A stretch of DNA of 64,000 nt from the IMG/VR virus record IMGVR_UViG_2765235997_000001, positions 23,089 to 87,088 of that record. The stretch is one strand, 5' to 3'. The notes below the pieces were generated by a model. That model was not told the DNA's origin. It was given only the letters and a program-made list of their open reading frames with translations, and did no database searches. Position numbers and translations under genes: made by a program. Below, piece by piece: positions 55,597-64,000 of this stretch (position 1 is the stretch's first letter; the number at the start of each line of letters is the position of its first letter). The stretch comes from a virus (taxonomy: Duplodnaviria > Caudoviricetes).

Positions 55597-56462
55597 CGGA
55601 GGTACTCCTCGGTTTCGTTGAGGACGGCCCAGGTGGGCATCGAGATGGTGGGGATGTCGGCGACGGGCCCGGTCCAGTCAGGCCAAATGCCAGTGGCTTG
55701 GCAGTCAGCGAAGATGCGGAGGGCGCGTTCGTTGCGTGCCCTGCCGATGTCCCGGTCCTGGTCGGCGAGTTCGCGCACCGTGATCAGGTAGGGCGCGACC
55801 TTGGACTGGAAGACGAAGATGAACCGGACGTCCTCGGGCTGGAGTGCAGCCCAGATGCCGTCGGTGTAGAGAGCGTCCTGCTGGTGGTAGGCGTGGTCCC
55901 GGATCGCCTTGGACACGGTGTCCGGGTCGGCCGACTTGATCGTCTTGTAGTCGACGCACAAGGTCAGGCCGGGGAGCTGCTTCAGCCAGTCGGGGCGGAC
56001 CCGGCAGCGGACTCCGGTCGCCGGATCAGTCCAGAAGATCGACTGTTCGGCAACGCCCGTCCCCGGCGTGAACAGCGGTCCGGCGAGCGGGTGCTGGCGG
56101 ATCGCCGCAGCCATCGCCTGGACCATGTCGTGGTCCTTCGTGAGGAGCGGCACCTTGTCCTCGGCGTAGGCCAGGTCGCGGAGTTCGCGGGTGGCGACCT
56201 TCTTCCAGTCCGGGGCGTCGATGACCTCCAGCTCCGGCCCCTCCCCCAGGACGAGCAGGTGGGCGGCGTGCCCGAGGTCGAACTCCTTCTTGTGCGGCTG
56301 CGGGTGGTCGAGGTCGTAGCGGAGCTGTGCGGGGCACCCGGGGGCGAGGATCTTCCGGAGGCCCGTGGAGGAGATGCTGCCCCGGTCCGAGTGGTACGCC
56401 TCGGCGGTCATGCCGTCGATGACGACGGGTGCGGTGACCGGCGGTTCGAGGGTGGTGGTCAT
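55593..56462 (-). CDS. RecE/ExoVIII-like PD-(D/E)XK exonuclease
   Basis: YH...ISSTG, G.AAH, EQS..W, CRVRPD, DYKT, YHQQ.A.Y. Confidence 0.88.
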   Translation of the reverse strand: MTTTLEPPVTAPVVIDGMTAEAYHSDRGSISSTGLRKILAPGCPAQLRYDLDHPQPHKKEFDLGHAAHLLVLGEGPELEVIDAPDWKKVATRELRDLAYAEDKVPLLTKDHDMVQAMAAAIRQHPLAGPLFTPGTGVAEQSIFWTDPATGVRCRVRPDWLKQLPGLTLCVDYKTIKSADPDTVSKAIRDHAYHQQDALYTDGIWAALQPEDVRFIFVFQSKVAPYLITVRELADQDRDIGRARNERALRIFADCQATGIWPDWTGPVADIPTISMPTWAVLNETEEYLR

Positions 56463-56644
56463 CGGTTCAGCCCTCGCAGGGTCTCTTCGATCTCGGCGCG
56501 GGCGGTGTCGACCTTCTCCTCGAAGCGGGTGTTCGCCGCCTGCAGTTCGTCGCGTTCCTTGACCAGGTCGGCGTAGTTGTCGCGAAGCTCTTCGAGCTCG
56601 GCTTCGAGGGCTTCGACCTGGGCTTCGAGTTCTTCGTTGGTCAT
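56459..56644 (-). CDS. Small coiled-coil protein
   Basis: Heptad E/L pattern; coupled. Confidence 0.6.
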   Translation of the reverse strand: MTNEELEAQVEALEAELEELRDNYADLVKERDELQAANTRFEEKVDTARAEIEETLRGLNR

Positions 56645-56748
56645 CGGCCGTCCTGTTCGTCGAGGCAGTCTTCGCAGACGGGGCCTTCGGGCTTGCGGGC
56701 GAACGGGCCTGCGGTGCCCTGGCAGCGGGCGCATTCGATGGGGCTCAT
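56641..56748 (-). CDS. Small CxxC...CxxC peptide (35 aa)
   Basis: GGAG RBS; ATGA coupling. Confidence 0.45.
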   Translation of the reverse strand: MSPIECARCQGTAGPFARKPEGPVCEDCLDEQDGR

Positions 56749-56844
56749 GTGGTTCTCCAGTTCGGGGTTGCTGCGGGTCGCCAGGGGGTTGGCGGCCCGC
56801 AGCGGGCAGACGGAGCCGGGCTCACACGCCTGCCGGTCGGGGGG

Positions 56845-57405
56845 TCAGGCGGCGGGCAGGTAGTGGACCTGGACGGCGTGGTCCGTGTTCGGTTCGGCGT
56901 CGTCCATGTGCCAGTCCGCGTCGGCGTCCTCGGGCTGCCACTCGAAGGCCACGGTCCGGAGACGAAGTTCGGCGACCTCGTCGCGGATCTCGCTCTCGTC
57001 CTCCATGCCGTGGACCTCGCGGAGGTACGTGGCGATGGCGGTTTCGGCCTTGGCCCGGTCCGGGGTCAGGGTGGCCATGTCGCCCTCTTCGAACTCGACG
57101 ACGGGGACGCCGTCGAAGGCGTGGTCGAACCCGGCCTCCGAGCCGGTCGGGGTGAATCGGCCCATGGGGAGGTCGGGCACGGTGATGACCTCGTCGAGGT
57201 AGCGCAGGTTCTCGTAGTCAGGGCGGACGTAGATCCCGGAGCGAGCTCCGTCGAGGCGGATACGGAGGCAGCGGGGCTGGTCGTCGGCGATGGCAGTGAT
57301 GGTGCCGACCTGGTCGCGGGGGATGTGGCGGAGGTCGTCGCGGTAGCTGAAGGCGATACGGCGGCCGACGACGGCTTCGGCGGGGATGGCGGTGGGCTGG
57401 GTCAC
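56845..57405 (-). CDS. Hypothetical protein (186 aa)
   Basis: AGGAG RBS. Confidence 0.65.
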   Translation of the reverse strand: MTQPTAIPAEAVVGRRIAFSYRDDLRHIPRDQVGTITAIADDQPRCLRIRLDGARSGIYVRPDYENLRYLDEVITVPDLPMGRFTPTGSEAGFDHAFDGVPVVEFEEGDMATLTPDRAKAETAIATYLREVHGMEDESEIRDEVAELRLRTVAFEWQPEDADADWHMDDAEPNTDHAVQVHYLPAA

Positions 57406-57434
57406 GGTTCTCTCCTGGGATGATGGGGTTGGGT

Positions 57435-57463
57435 GCCCCCGCCGAATTCGCCTCGGCGGGGGC
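57435..57463. terminator. Intergenic hairpin
   Basis: GCCCCCGCCGA-N7-TCGGCGGGGGC. Confidence 0.55.
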
Positions 57464-57479
57464 GTCCGTGTGAGGCGGG

Positions 57480-57815
57480 TCAGGTGGCCTTCTGAGCGAT
57501 GAACACGCAGGGGAAGCCGCCCAGCGCGTCGAAGACGTCCTCGGGGTCGACGTCGAGCCGGACCCTGGTGGCGGGGCGGGTCCAGTCGGCGATGTCCCCC
57601 AGCGCTCGGGCGGCTTCCTCTGCCTGGGCCTGCTGCTCGAACTTCGCGATGACGTGGCCGGAGTGGTGGCCGAGCCGCCAGACGTAGGTGTCGCCCGGGT
57701 CGGCGATCTCGTCGGGCGTCGGGTAGACGTGCAGGCCCGGGTGGGGCTCGGTGGCCTGGACGAGTACGGGCCGGGCGTAGGTAGGGACGTGCAATTCGTG
57801 GGTGGACGCGTTCAC
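57480..57815 (-). CDS. Hypothetical protein
   Basis: GAGGAG RBS. Confidence 0.6.
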   Translation of the reverse strand: MNASTHELHVPTYARPVLVQATEPHPGLHVYPTPDEIADPGDTYVWRLGHHSGHVIAKFEQQAQAEEAARALGDIADWTRPATRVRLDVDPEDVFDALGGFPCVFIAQKAT

Positions 57816-57881
57816 GAAGGACTCCTCAGGAAGTTGGGCGCCGGGCCGGCGATCTCGTGTCATCCGCGCGGCCCGGCGTGA

Positions 57882-58337
57882 TCAGGCGGCCGGTGCCGGG
57901 ATGTGCGTCGGGTCTGCGGCCTGCGGGGAGTGCTGCAGCGACACGACCGGACCGGCGGCGAACCGGTGGCGGAGGTCGCGGACGTCGATCGGGGCGGTGG
58001 CCTGGTCCTCGAACCGGCTGGTGTCGCGGAACGAAGCGGGGACGGTGACCGCGTTGGCGTTGGCCTCCGCCGCGAGGAACGGGGCGAGGAGGATGCGAGC
58101 CTTGCCGAGTTCGGTCTGGAACTCGTCCCGCTGGGTGCGCGCCGTGTCGCGCTGCCCGGTCACTTTCCTGGCCGTGTCCTCAAGGCAGGCGTTGACCAGT
58201 TCGAGTTGGCCGATGTACTCCATGGCGCCGAGCACCTGCCGGCGGAGCATCTGGTTCTCGGACTGCCCCGTGGCCTTCTTGTGGCCAGAGGCCCGGTGCT
58301 TCGGCTTGCTGCGGGATATGCCGGGGATGAGGCTCAT
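57882..58337 (-). CDS. Coiled-coil hypothetical protein
   Basis: ATGA coupling. Confidence 0.6.
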   Translation of the reverse strand: MSLIPGISRSKPKHRASGHKKATGQSENQMLRRQVLGAMEYIGQLELVNACLEDTARKVTGQRDTARTQRDEFQTELGKARILLAPFLAAEANANAVTVPASFRDTSRFEDQATAPIDVRDLRHRFAAGPVVSLQHSPQAADPTHIPAPAA

Positions 58338-58426
58338 GGCTTGCCCTTCCGGGTCCAGAGGCTGGGGGCCACCGCCATCAGGCAGAAGATGACGCCGATG
58401 GCGGTGGCGGTGATCAGGTAGCTCAT
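58334..58426 (-). CDS. Small single-TM peptide (30 aa)
   Basis: MSYLITATAIGVIFCLMAVAPSLW; ATGA-coupled at both ends. Confidence 0.5.
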   Translation of the reverse strand: MSYLITATAIGVIFCLMAVAPSLWTRKGKP

Positions 58427-58713
58427 CCGACAGACGGCCGGTGGTTGCAGTGGCCGAGGAAGCACGGCTTGGCCTGCTCGTCCCACTGCTGCGGGGTGAG
58501 GAGGAGGTGCTGCATGCCGTGCTTGTCGTCCGACGCCCGCTGCCGCTTCGTCGTAGACCACTCGCGCTGGGCCTGCTGCGGGGTGGCGATCAGGTCGTCG
58601 CCGAGGTCCGGGCGAACCGAACCGACTGCGCAACCAGCCGAGTTGGCCCGCACCCAGAAACACTCCGCGAGCGGCACGGTCTCGCCGTCGATTTGCACCA
58701 TCAGGTCAGTCAT
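58423..58713 (-). CDS. Hypothetical protein
   Basis: Tiles operon. Confidence 0.6.
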   Translation of the reverse strand: MTDLMVQIDGETVPLAECFWVRANSAGCAVGSVRPDLGDDLIATPQQAQREWSTTKRQRASDDKHGMQHLLLTPQQWDEQAKPCFLGHCNHRPSVG

Positions 58714-58960
58714 CGGAGGCACCGCCCGGACTTCCAAGAACGTCGGCCCACTCCTCAACATCCGCGCTGTTGATGTCGTCGCGGAAGGCGCTCACAGCAG
58801 TGCCGACGGCGGTCGCGGCGGCGAGCGCGAGGGTGGCGTGCACCTGCGCCTCGACCAGTGATCGGTCGGCCTCGCAGGGTCCTTCGTCGTTCGGCCGGAT
58901 GATGGCGTGCGAATCGGCGATCAGGCGCTCGGCCTCGCGGTAGTGCTCGGGTCCGGTCAT
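58706..58960 (-). CDS. Hypothetical protein (MTGPEHYREAERL...AQVHATLA family)
   Basis: Motif shared with N-terminus of 54055..54690. Confidence 0.7.
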   Translation of the reverse strand: MTGPEHYREAERLIADSHAIIRPNDEGPCEADRSLVEAQVHATLALAAATAVGTAVSAFRDDINSADVEEWADVLGSPGGASDD

Positions 58961-59358
58961 CGGTTTCCTCCGGCGATGCTGTTCAGGAACCGCCGGAATC
59001 CGGACTGCTCCATGGGGCTGGGGTTCAGGTGGTGGGCGGTCAGAGCCGGTGCCGGGGTGATGCGGGCACCGAACGTGGCCGGCGACTCGACGTACCCGGC
59101 GGCGACCGTGTTTGCGTAGTCCGGATCGACCGCCGCCCGGTACTGGGCAGCCGACGGTCGGAGGCTGAGCGGGATCAGCGGTCCGTGATCCCGGTACACG
59201 TCCGGGAGTGGCACCGGGGACTCCGGCAAGCCCGGGGAGACGAGGAGCGGCTCACCGGCCGGGGTCCACTGGCCGTGCCATTCCCACTCGACGCCGGCCA
59301 CGTCGACGAACGAGCGGGTCAAGTCGAAGGCGACACCGTCGTGCAGGTAGGTGGTCAT
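58957..59358 (-). CDS. phiSA1p31-like domain protein
   Basis: FDLTRSFVDVAGVEWEW.G...GEPLL...VYRDHGPL. Confidence 0.65.
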   Translation of the reverse strand: MTTYLHDGVAFDLTRSFVDVAGVEWEWHGQWTPAGEPLLVSPGLPESPVPLPDVYRDHGPLIPLSLRPSAAQYRAAVDPDYANTVAAGYVESPATFGARITPAPALTAHHLNPSPMEQSGFRRFLNSIAGGNR

Positions 59359-59624
59359 GCCGCCACCGGCTTCCGCTGGAAGGGGGCGCCGACGAACTTC
59401 ACGCCGTCCTCGGCCGCCACCTGGTCGGCGACGTCGGCCGCCCGGTAGCGGTCCCGCTGCATCTCCGCCAGGTCGGTCGCCACGTCGGCGAGCCGGTCGA
59501 GCTGGTCGAGGGACGCGTCGGTGACATCGACTCGCAGGGCGGCACCGATGCGGAGGAACGTCCGGCCGTCGACGGTCTCCAGGGCGATCGGGCGGTCGCC
59601 CCACGACAGAGTGATGGTGGTCAT
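59355..59624 (-). CDS. Hypothetical protein
   Basis: GGAGG RBS; coupled. Confidence 0.6.
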   Translation of the reverse strand: MTTITLSWGDRPIALETVDGRTFLRIGAALRVDVTDASLDQLDRLADVATDLAEMQRDRYRAADVADQVAAEDGVKFVGAPFQRKPVAA

Positions 59625-59887
59625 CGGGTCCTCCGGGCGTTGTTGCTGCGGGCGATGAGTGCTGCGATCTCCGCAGGCCACTCGGGGTAGTCGGCGTCGG
59701 TGGAGCACAGCTCCGGGTGCGGGCACGGCAGGCTGGCGAAGACGGTGTCGTCCGGGTCGCACAGGTGGCGGGCCTCGGCGGCCACACCGGCGGCGATCAC
59801 CGCCCGCTTCCGGGCGGTCGTCGCCTCGACCTGGGCGATCAGGACGGGCAGCGGGACGTCCACGCGCTCCATGTCGGCGGCAGTCAC
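59621..59887 (-). CDS. Hypothetical protein
   Basis: Coupled at both ends. Confidence 0.6.
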   Translation of the reverse strand: MTAADMERVDVPLPVLIAQVEATTARKRAVIAAGVAAEARHLCDPDDTVFASLPCPHPELCSTDADYPEWPAEIAALIARSNNARRTR

Positions 59888-60060
59888 GACGTCACCTCGA
59901 TCGGGTCGACGCTGTGCAGGTTCGACGGGGTCAGGACCCAGCAGCGGACGCAGGTGTTGTCGTCGCAGTCGTCGGCGTGGAGCTCAGGGATGTACGGGGC
60001 GGCGGACAGTGCCGCCAGGTGCTCGGCAGTCTCCCGGTCGAGGCGGGCGGCGGCGCTCAC
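59884..60060 (-). CDS. Hypothetical protein (58 aa)
   Basis: GTGA-coupled at both ends. Confidence 0.5.
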   Translation of the reverse strand: MSAAARLDRETAEHLAALSAAPYIPELHADDCDDNTCVRCWVLTPSNLHSVDPIEVTS

Positions 60061-60617
60061 AGGGCACCTGCCTCACGCTGCGACGGGGCGGAGGTCGGCT
60101 CGGATCCCTCGGCTGCCTGGTCGGCGAGCTTCTCCAGTCGCTCCGACGCATCCAGCAGGCCGTCCGAGTAGCCGTCGAGGTACGCCTGCGGGCGCTCGGA
60201 CGGCGTGTTGCCATCCATCTCCTCGACCGCCTTCGACGCCTCGGAGAACACGCTGGAGCGGAACATGCGCGCCTGGACGAACGGGTCATCCACCAGCGGC
60301 ATCGCCTGCCAGTACAGCCACTGGGCACCCAGCGCATCGGCACCGGGATCGTCCGAGTCGAAGATGAACGACGACAGCGAACGGCCGGTCGCCGCCAGTG
60401 CGGTCTCCAGCTTGGCGACCCGGTTGACCAGCGGGCGGATCATGTCGAGCACGACGCTCGCGTGGTTCTCGTAGTCGTGCGGCTCCAGGCCGTCGAAGTC
60501 GTAGCCGTCAGCAGTCGCCAGGAGTCGGCGCACCTGCTCCCGGATCGCATCCTCGCCGGGCATCGGCGTCGTGGGGTTCGCGTCACCCGCAGCAGCAGGT
60601 GTGGGATTCTGGGGCAC
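60057..60617 (-). CDS. Hypothetical protein (186 aa)
   Basis: AAAGG RBS. Confidence 0.6.
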   Translation of the reverse strand: MPQNPTPAAAGDANPTTPMPGEDAIREQVRRLLATADGYDFDGLEPHDYENHASVVLDMIRPLVNRVAKLETALAATGRSLSSFIFDSDDPGADALGAQWLYWQAMPLVDDPFVQARMFRSSVFSEASKAVEEMDGNTPSERPQAYLDGYSDGLLDASERLEKLADQAAEGSEPTSAPSQREAGAL

Positions 60618-60706
60618 GGGGCCCGCCTTTCGTCATGAACGGTGAGGGTGGGTCTCAGAGGCCGTTCCCGGACTTGGTCGTTACGGGGGCGGCCTCACAG
60701 CTGCCG

Positions 60707-61021
60707 TCAGGCAGCGGCGGGGTCGAGCTCGCGCCGGCCGTGCGCCCTCGCCGAGGCGCGGGGCAGCTTGCGGGGTTCCGCCGGCCGGCTGTCGTGATCG
60801 GCGACAACGTCCCGGGCGGGGTTGCGCTGTGCGGCCACCCAGGCGTTTACGTCGTCGAGGGCGTAGGCGATCTTGCGGCCGATCTCGAACGACTGCGGTC
60901 CCTTGCTCTGGTGCCGGTAGTTGTAGAGCGTCTTCACGCTCAGCCCGGTGAGCCGGGACGCTTCTGCGATCCAGACGCATCCGGGCGGCGCGTCCTGGGG
61001 GGTGTGGCTGGACCTGGGCAC
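60707..61021 (-). CDS. AlpA/excisionase-like HTH protein
   Basis: EASRLTGLSVKTLYNYR...GP.S...GRKIAY..DV.AW. Confidence 0.82.
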   Translation of the reverse strand: MPRSSHTPQDAPPGCVWIAEASRLTGLSVKTLYNYRHQSKGPQSFEIGRKIAYALDDVNAWVAAQRNPARDVVADHDSRPAEPRKLPRASARAHGRRELDPAAA

Positions 61022-61052
61022 TGGATGTCTCCTTCCACTTAGGCTTACCTTA

Positions 61053-61456
61053 TTGACGATTCGTCCCTAGATTGGGGACGACGGAGGCATGAAGAGAACC
61101 AGCACGGCGACCCCAAGGGACTCCGATATGCGGTGCGCTTCATGGACGGGCAGGTCAGACAGGTCGCCACTCACGAGGCGACCCACCTGAGACCGGGATA
61201 CGCCACTAGCTTCGGCGAGGGTTCGCACGGAGTACGGAGCCCCGCGACCTGGGTGCTCCATGACCCATTTGAGGACTGCAAGGTCTCGGAGTACGTAGCG
61301 CACGCTCAATGGATCTCCAGTGTTGCGGCGGTGCCCTTCACTGCCCTTGAGTTAAGTACATCAGGGACGATTCGTCAACACTTCAGGGACGACTAGGCCC
61401 CAACTATCGGTCGCACGCATGGCTGGATAGCATTGATCTATAGACGATCCGTCCCA
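61053..61456. promoter_or_regulatory. Immunity-region operators, consensus GACGAT(T/C)CGTC
   Basis: Sites at 61055, 61366 and 61443, half-site at 61386; one overlaps a minus-strand TTGACG -35. Confidence 0.72.
61067..61309 (-). CDS. Cro-like XRE HTH protein
   Basis: SVRTLAEASGVSRSQVGRLVSG; divergent from repressor. Confidence 0.82.
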   Translation of the reverse strand: MSVRYVLRDLAVLKWVMEHPGRGAPYSVRTLAEASGVSRSQVGRLVSGDLSDLPVHEAHRISESLGVAVLVLFMPPSSPI

Positions 61457-61556
61457 GATCCAGGATGGTTGTGCTGACTGACCTGCATTTTTCTCAGACC
61501 CCCACGCCACCTAGAGAGACAGTCGGTGCCTGACATGACACGAAAGGAAGACGACA

Positions 61557-61987
61557 TGACGGCCGCAGCAACCGCCGAGGAGCCCCGCCCCGCCGAGGCG
61601 CCACCCGCAGGCGCACTGTCGCGGCTCATCCAGGAAGTCCAGGAAGGAGGCACCTCCTACGGAGAAATGGCCACCAAGGCCATCGACCCCGAGACCGGCA
61701 CCAGCCTGGCCAAGCAAGCCATCCAGAAGCTCGTCAAGACCCCGCCCGTCAACCCGCCACTCCCTCCGGCACTGCGGGCCATCGCCAACGGCACAGGCCT
61801 GCCCCTGCGGCGCATCGCCGAGGCCGCGGCCGAACAATGGCTCGGATACCAAGCCACCGAACTGGCCGGCTACGGCGACGAAGTACGCATCATCCTGGGT
61901 CACCTGGGCGGCATGTCCCCCCAGGAGCAACGCCGTTGGCGCGCCATGATCGAGGCCGACGAGCGCGCCAAGCGCGAGGACTCTTAG
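61557..61987 (+). CDS. Probable immunity repressor (XRE-like)
   Basis: SYGEMATKAIDPETG...IQKLV...LRAIANGTGLP; divergent from Cro, upstream of integrase. Confidence 0.7.
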
Positions 61988-62141
61988 CACACCCTCACCC
62001 GCCAGCTCCACGGCGGACCGAAAGACGTAACAAGTAGACAATTTCTGAACTTATTGTCGACCACCCGTAACTAGTCGTACCCTTCCACAACGTGCGCATC
62101 CGGCTAACCCGCCACATGCGCACCGGCCAACGGGAGGGCCC

Positions 62142-62585
62142 ATGCTGCGCGCTGTATACGAAGCTGCCGACCTTGAACCAGGGATTATCTCCAACTGGCG
62201 CGAAGAGCGCGGTCTCCTGCAGATCCGCGTCGCACCCAACGCCACACCCCAGCAGTACACGCGATCACTCAACCAGACCCTCGCGACCGTGCTCGGGCGT
62301 GCACACTGGTACCAGATGTGGAGAGGCGAAGTCGTCTCCGTCGCCTCCCCCGCCTGCCCGCTGCGCGTCCAGTTCCAGATCTCCGAGTTCAACCCGGCAC
62401 CCCTGGTGGAGATACGCGAGCGCAAGGGCCTCGTCACCGTCCACGTATCCCCCACGGCGACCGCCGACGAGTTCACCCGCGCCCTCAACCCCGCGCTGGA
62501 AGAGCTTCTCGCCGGCGGCCAGTGGTTCCAGCTCTGGCAGGGGGAGATCCTCACCGCGACCTCCCCCGAGGTGGCGCTCGTCTAA
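62142..62585 (+). CDS. Protein of two tandem ~70-aa repeats, between repressor and integrase
   Basis: REERGL...TRSLN...WYQMWRGE and RERKGL...TRALN...WFQLWQGE. Confidence 0.72.
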   Translation: MLRAVYEAADLEPGIISNWREERGLLQIRVAPNATPQQYTRSLNQTLATVLGRAHWYQMWRGEVVSVASPACPLRVQFQISEFNPAPLVEIRERKGLVTVHVSPTATADEFTRALNPALEELLAGGQWFQLWQGEILTATSPEVALV

Positions 62586-62605
62586 GAAAGCTCTGGAGGC
62601 GCAGG

Positions 62606-64000
62606 ATGCCGGGATACATCGAGGACCGCTGGTACACGAAGCGGCCCGACCCTGCGACCGGCAAACGGCGCGAGACGGCCCGCCACGGGCAGGGCAAGCG
62701 CTGGCGTGTCGCAGGGGTACCTGGCGTCCGCGACAGGTCGTTCAAGAACCTCGAAGGCCCCGGCGGGGCCAAGGCCTGGCTGAAGGAAGCCGCCACCGAC
62801 ACCACCCGCGGCGCGTTCTATGACCCGCGTGACGGGGCGATGACGCTGGACGAGTACGTGCGTGAGCACTGGTGGCCAACCCTGCGTCGGTCCCCCACCA
62901 CCAAGCAGGTCATGCAGTCGAGAATCTTCAACCACGTCCTGCCGCACATGGGCGCCCTGCCGTTGAACAGAATCGGTCACGACGAGATCAAGCAGTGGGT
63001 CACGCTGGTCGAGAAGAAGAAGCTCGACCCCACCACGATCCGGGCGACGTGGGCCCACTTCTCTTCGATTCTCCAGGCCGCTCACAAGGCCAAGCGCATC
63101 CCTGAAAACCCCTTCAGGGATCAGGACTTGAAAGCGCCTACCCAGCCGAAGTCGCGAGCGAAGGCGTGGTCCATCGAGACAGTTGCAGCTGTTCGCCGAC
63201 ACCTTGACGTTCGCTATCAGATCCTGCTGGACGTGGCGTTCTGTGCCGGGCTCCGCCAGGGCGAGGCGTTTGCGTTGTCTCCCGACGATGTTGAGGTCAC
63301 CGGAGGCGAGGATGACGCGCTTCAGGTGCAACGGCAGATCGTGAACGTCGGCGGGAAGCTCGCCTTCTCGCCGCCCAAGGGGAACAAGACCCGCGAGGCT
63401 CCCTGCCCGCCGGAACTCGGGCGCGCCTTGCTGGAACACGAGAAGCGGTTCCCTGCGGTGGAGGTCACGCTGCCCTGGATTGACCCGGACAGGCCCGGCC
63501 TTGCCTGGGAGGACCGGCCGCTGAGGACGGTCCGGCTGTACGTGGTGACGCCGACCTCGAAGAGTGCCCTGTACCGCGACACGTTCAACGAGTTCTTCTG
63601 GAAGCCGGCCCTCGCCGATGCGGGCATCATCCCGCAGCCGGTGGTGGAGCGCGTTGCCGGCAAGGGGAAGTACCCGTGGCGCCGGAAGGTCTGGGTGATG
63701 CGGCGCGAGGACGGATTTCACGTCCTGCGGCACACGTTCGCCAGTGTGGTGCTGCACGAAGGGGAGACGGTCGGCAGGCTGGCTGATTGGCTGGGGCATG
63801 CCGACCCGGCGTTCACGCTGCGGACCTACGTGCACTTCATGCCACAGTCGGGGAAGAGGGCGGTGGCAGCTCTGGGTCGCCTGCTGCATACTGCGATGGA
63901 GGGCGAAGCGCCTGTGCGCCCGGCTCGTGTCGAGTCCGATGCCGATCCCCTGCCGCTCTCCCCAGATTCTCCCCAGGACCCTGACGAGCAAGCGGCGTAG
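62606..64000 (+). CDS. int: Tyrosine integrase
   Basis: GLRQGE, PPKG, HVLRH, LGH, TLRTYVH catalytic motifs. Confidence 0.96.
   Translation: MPGYIEDRWYTKRPDPATGKRRETARHGQGKRWRVAGVPGVRDRSFKNLEGPGGAKAWLKEAATDTTRGAFYDPRDGAMTLDEYVREHWWPTLRRSPTTKQVMQSRIFNHVLPHMGALPLNRIGHDEIKQWVTLVEKKKLDPTTIRATWAHFSSILQAAHKAKRIPENPFRDQDLKAPTQPKSRAKAWSIETVAAVRRHLDVRYQILLDVAFCAGLRQGEAFALSPDDVEVTGGEDDALQVQRQIVNVGGKLAFSPPKGNKTREAPCPPELGRALLEHEKRFPAVEVTLPWIDPDRPGLAWEDRPLRTVRLYVVTPTSKSALYRDTFNEFFWKPALADAGIIPQPVVERVAGKGKYPWRRKVWVMRREDGFHVLRHTFASVVLHEGETVGRLADWLGHADPAFTLRTYVHFMPQSGKRAVAALGRLLHTAMEGEAPVRPARVESDADPLPLSPDSPQDPDEQAA

Overview
High-GC window that reads as most of one temperate Streptomyces-type prophage (host inferred from GC content, WhiB and TraB/Spd genes), in prophage order from right to left. 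It runs: tyrosine integrase (ending at base 64000), repressor/Cro switch, early genes (RecE/RecT-like, DnaQ, SLOG, WhiB, C5 methyltransferase, replication initiator with iterons, MazG), an accessory zone, a probable late promoter, a collagen-like protein plus sugar-modifying enzymes, HNH/cos/terminase, portal, scaffold, capsid and head-tail genes (cut at base 1). The standout is a ~14 kb plasmid-type conjugation block (about 26.0-39.8 kb) embedded in the phage with no integrase of its own. It carries traB, traA, spd-like genes, a TGACACC repeat array that looks like a clt, GntR/UTRA regulators and a second replication initiator with palindromic iterons, suggesting a prophage that can also move by TraB-mediated mycelial conjugation. 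Also notable: a probable virion-glycosylation system, an antisense HEPN-motif gene, a stand-alone TraB-like winged-helix protein, and many early proteins ending in Ala-Ala. All calls come from reading motifs and synteny by eye; no database searches were run.
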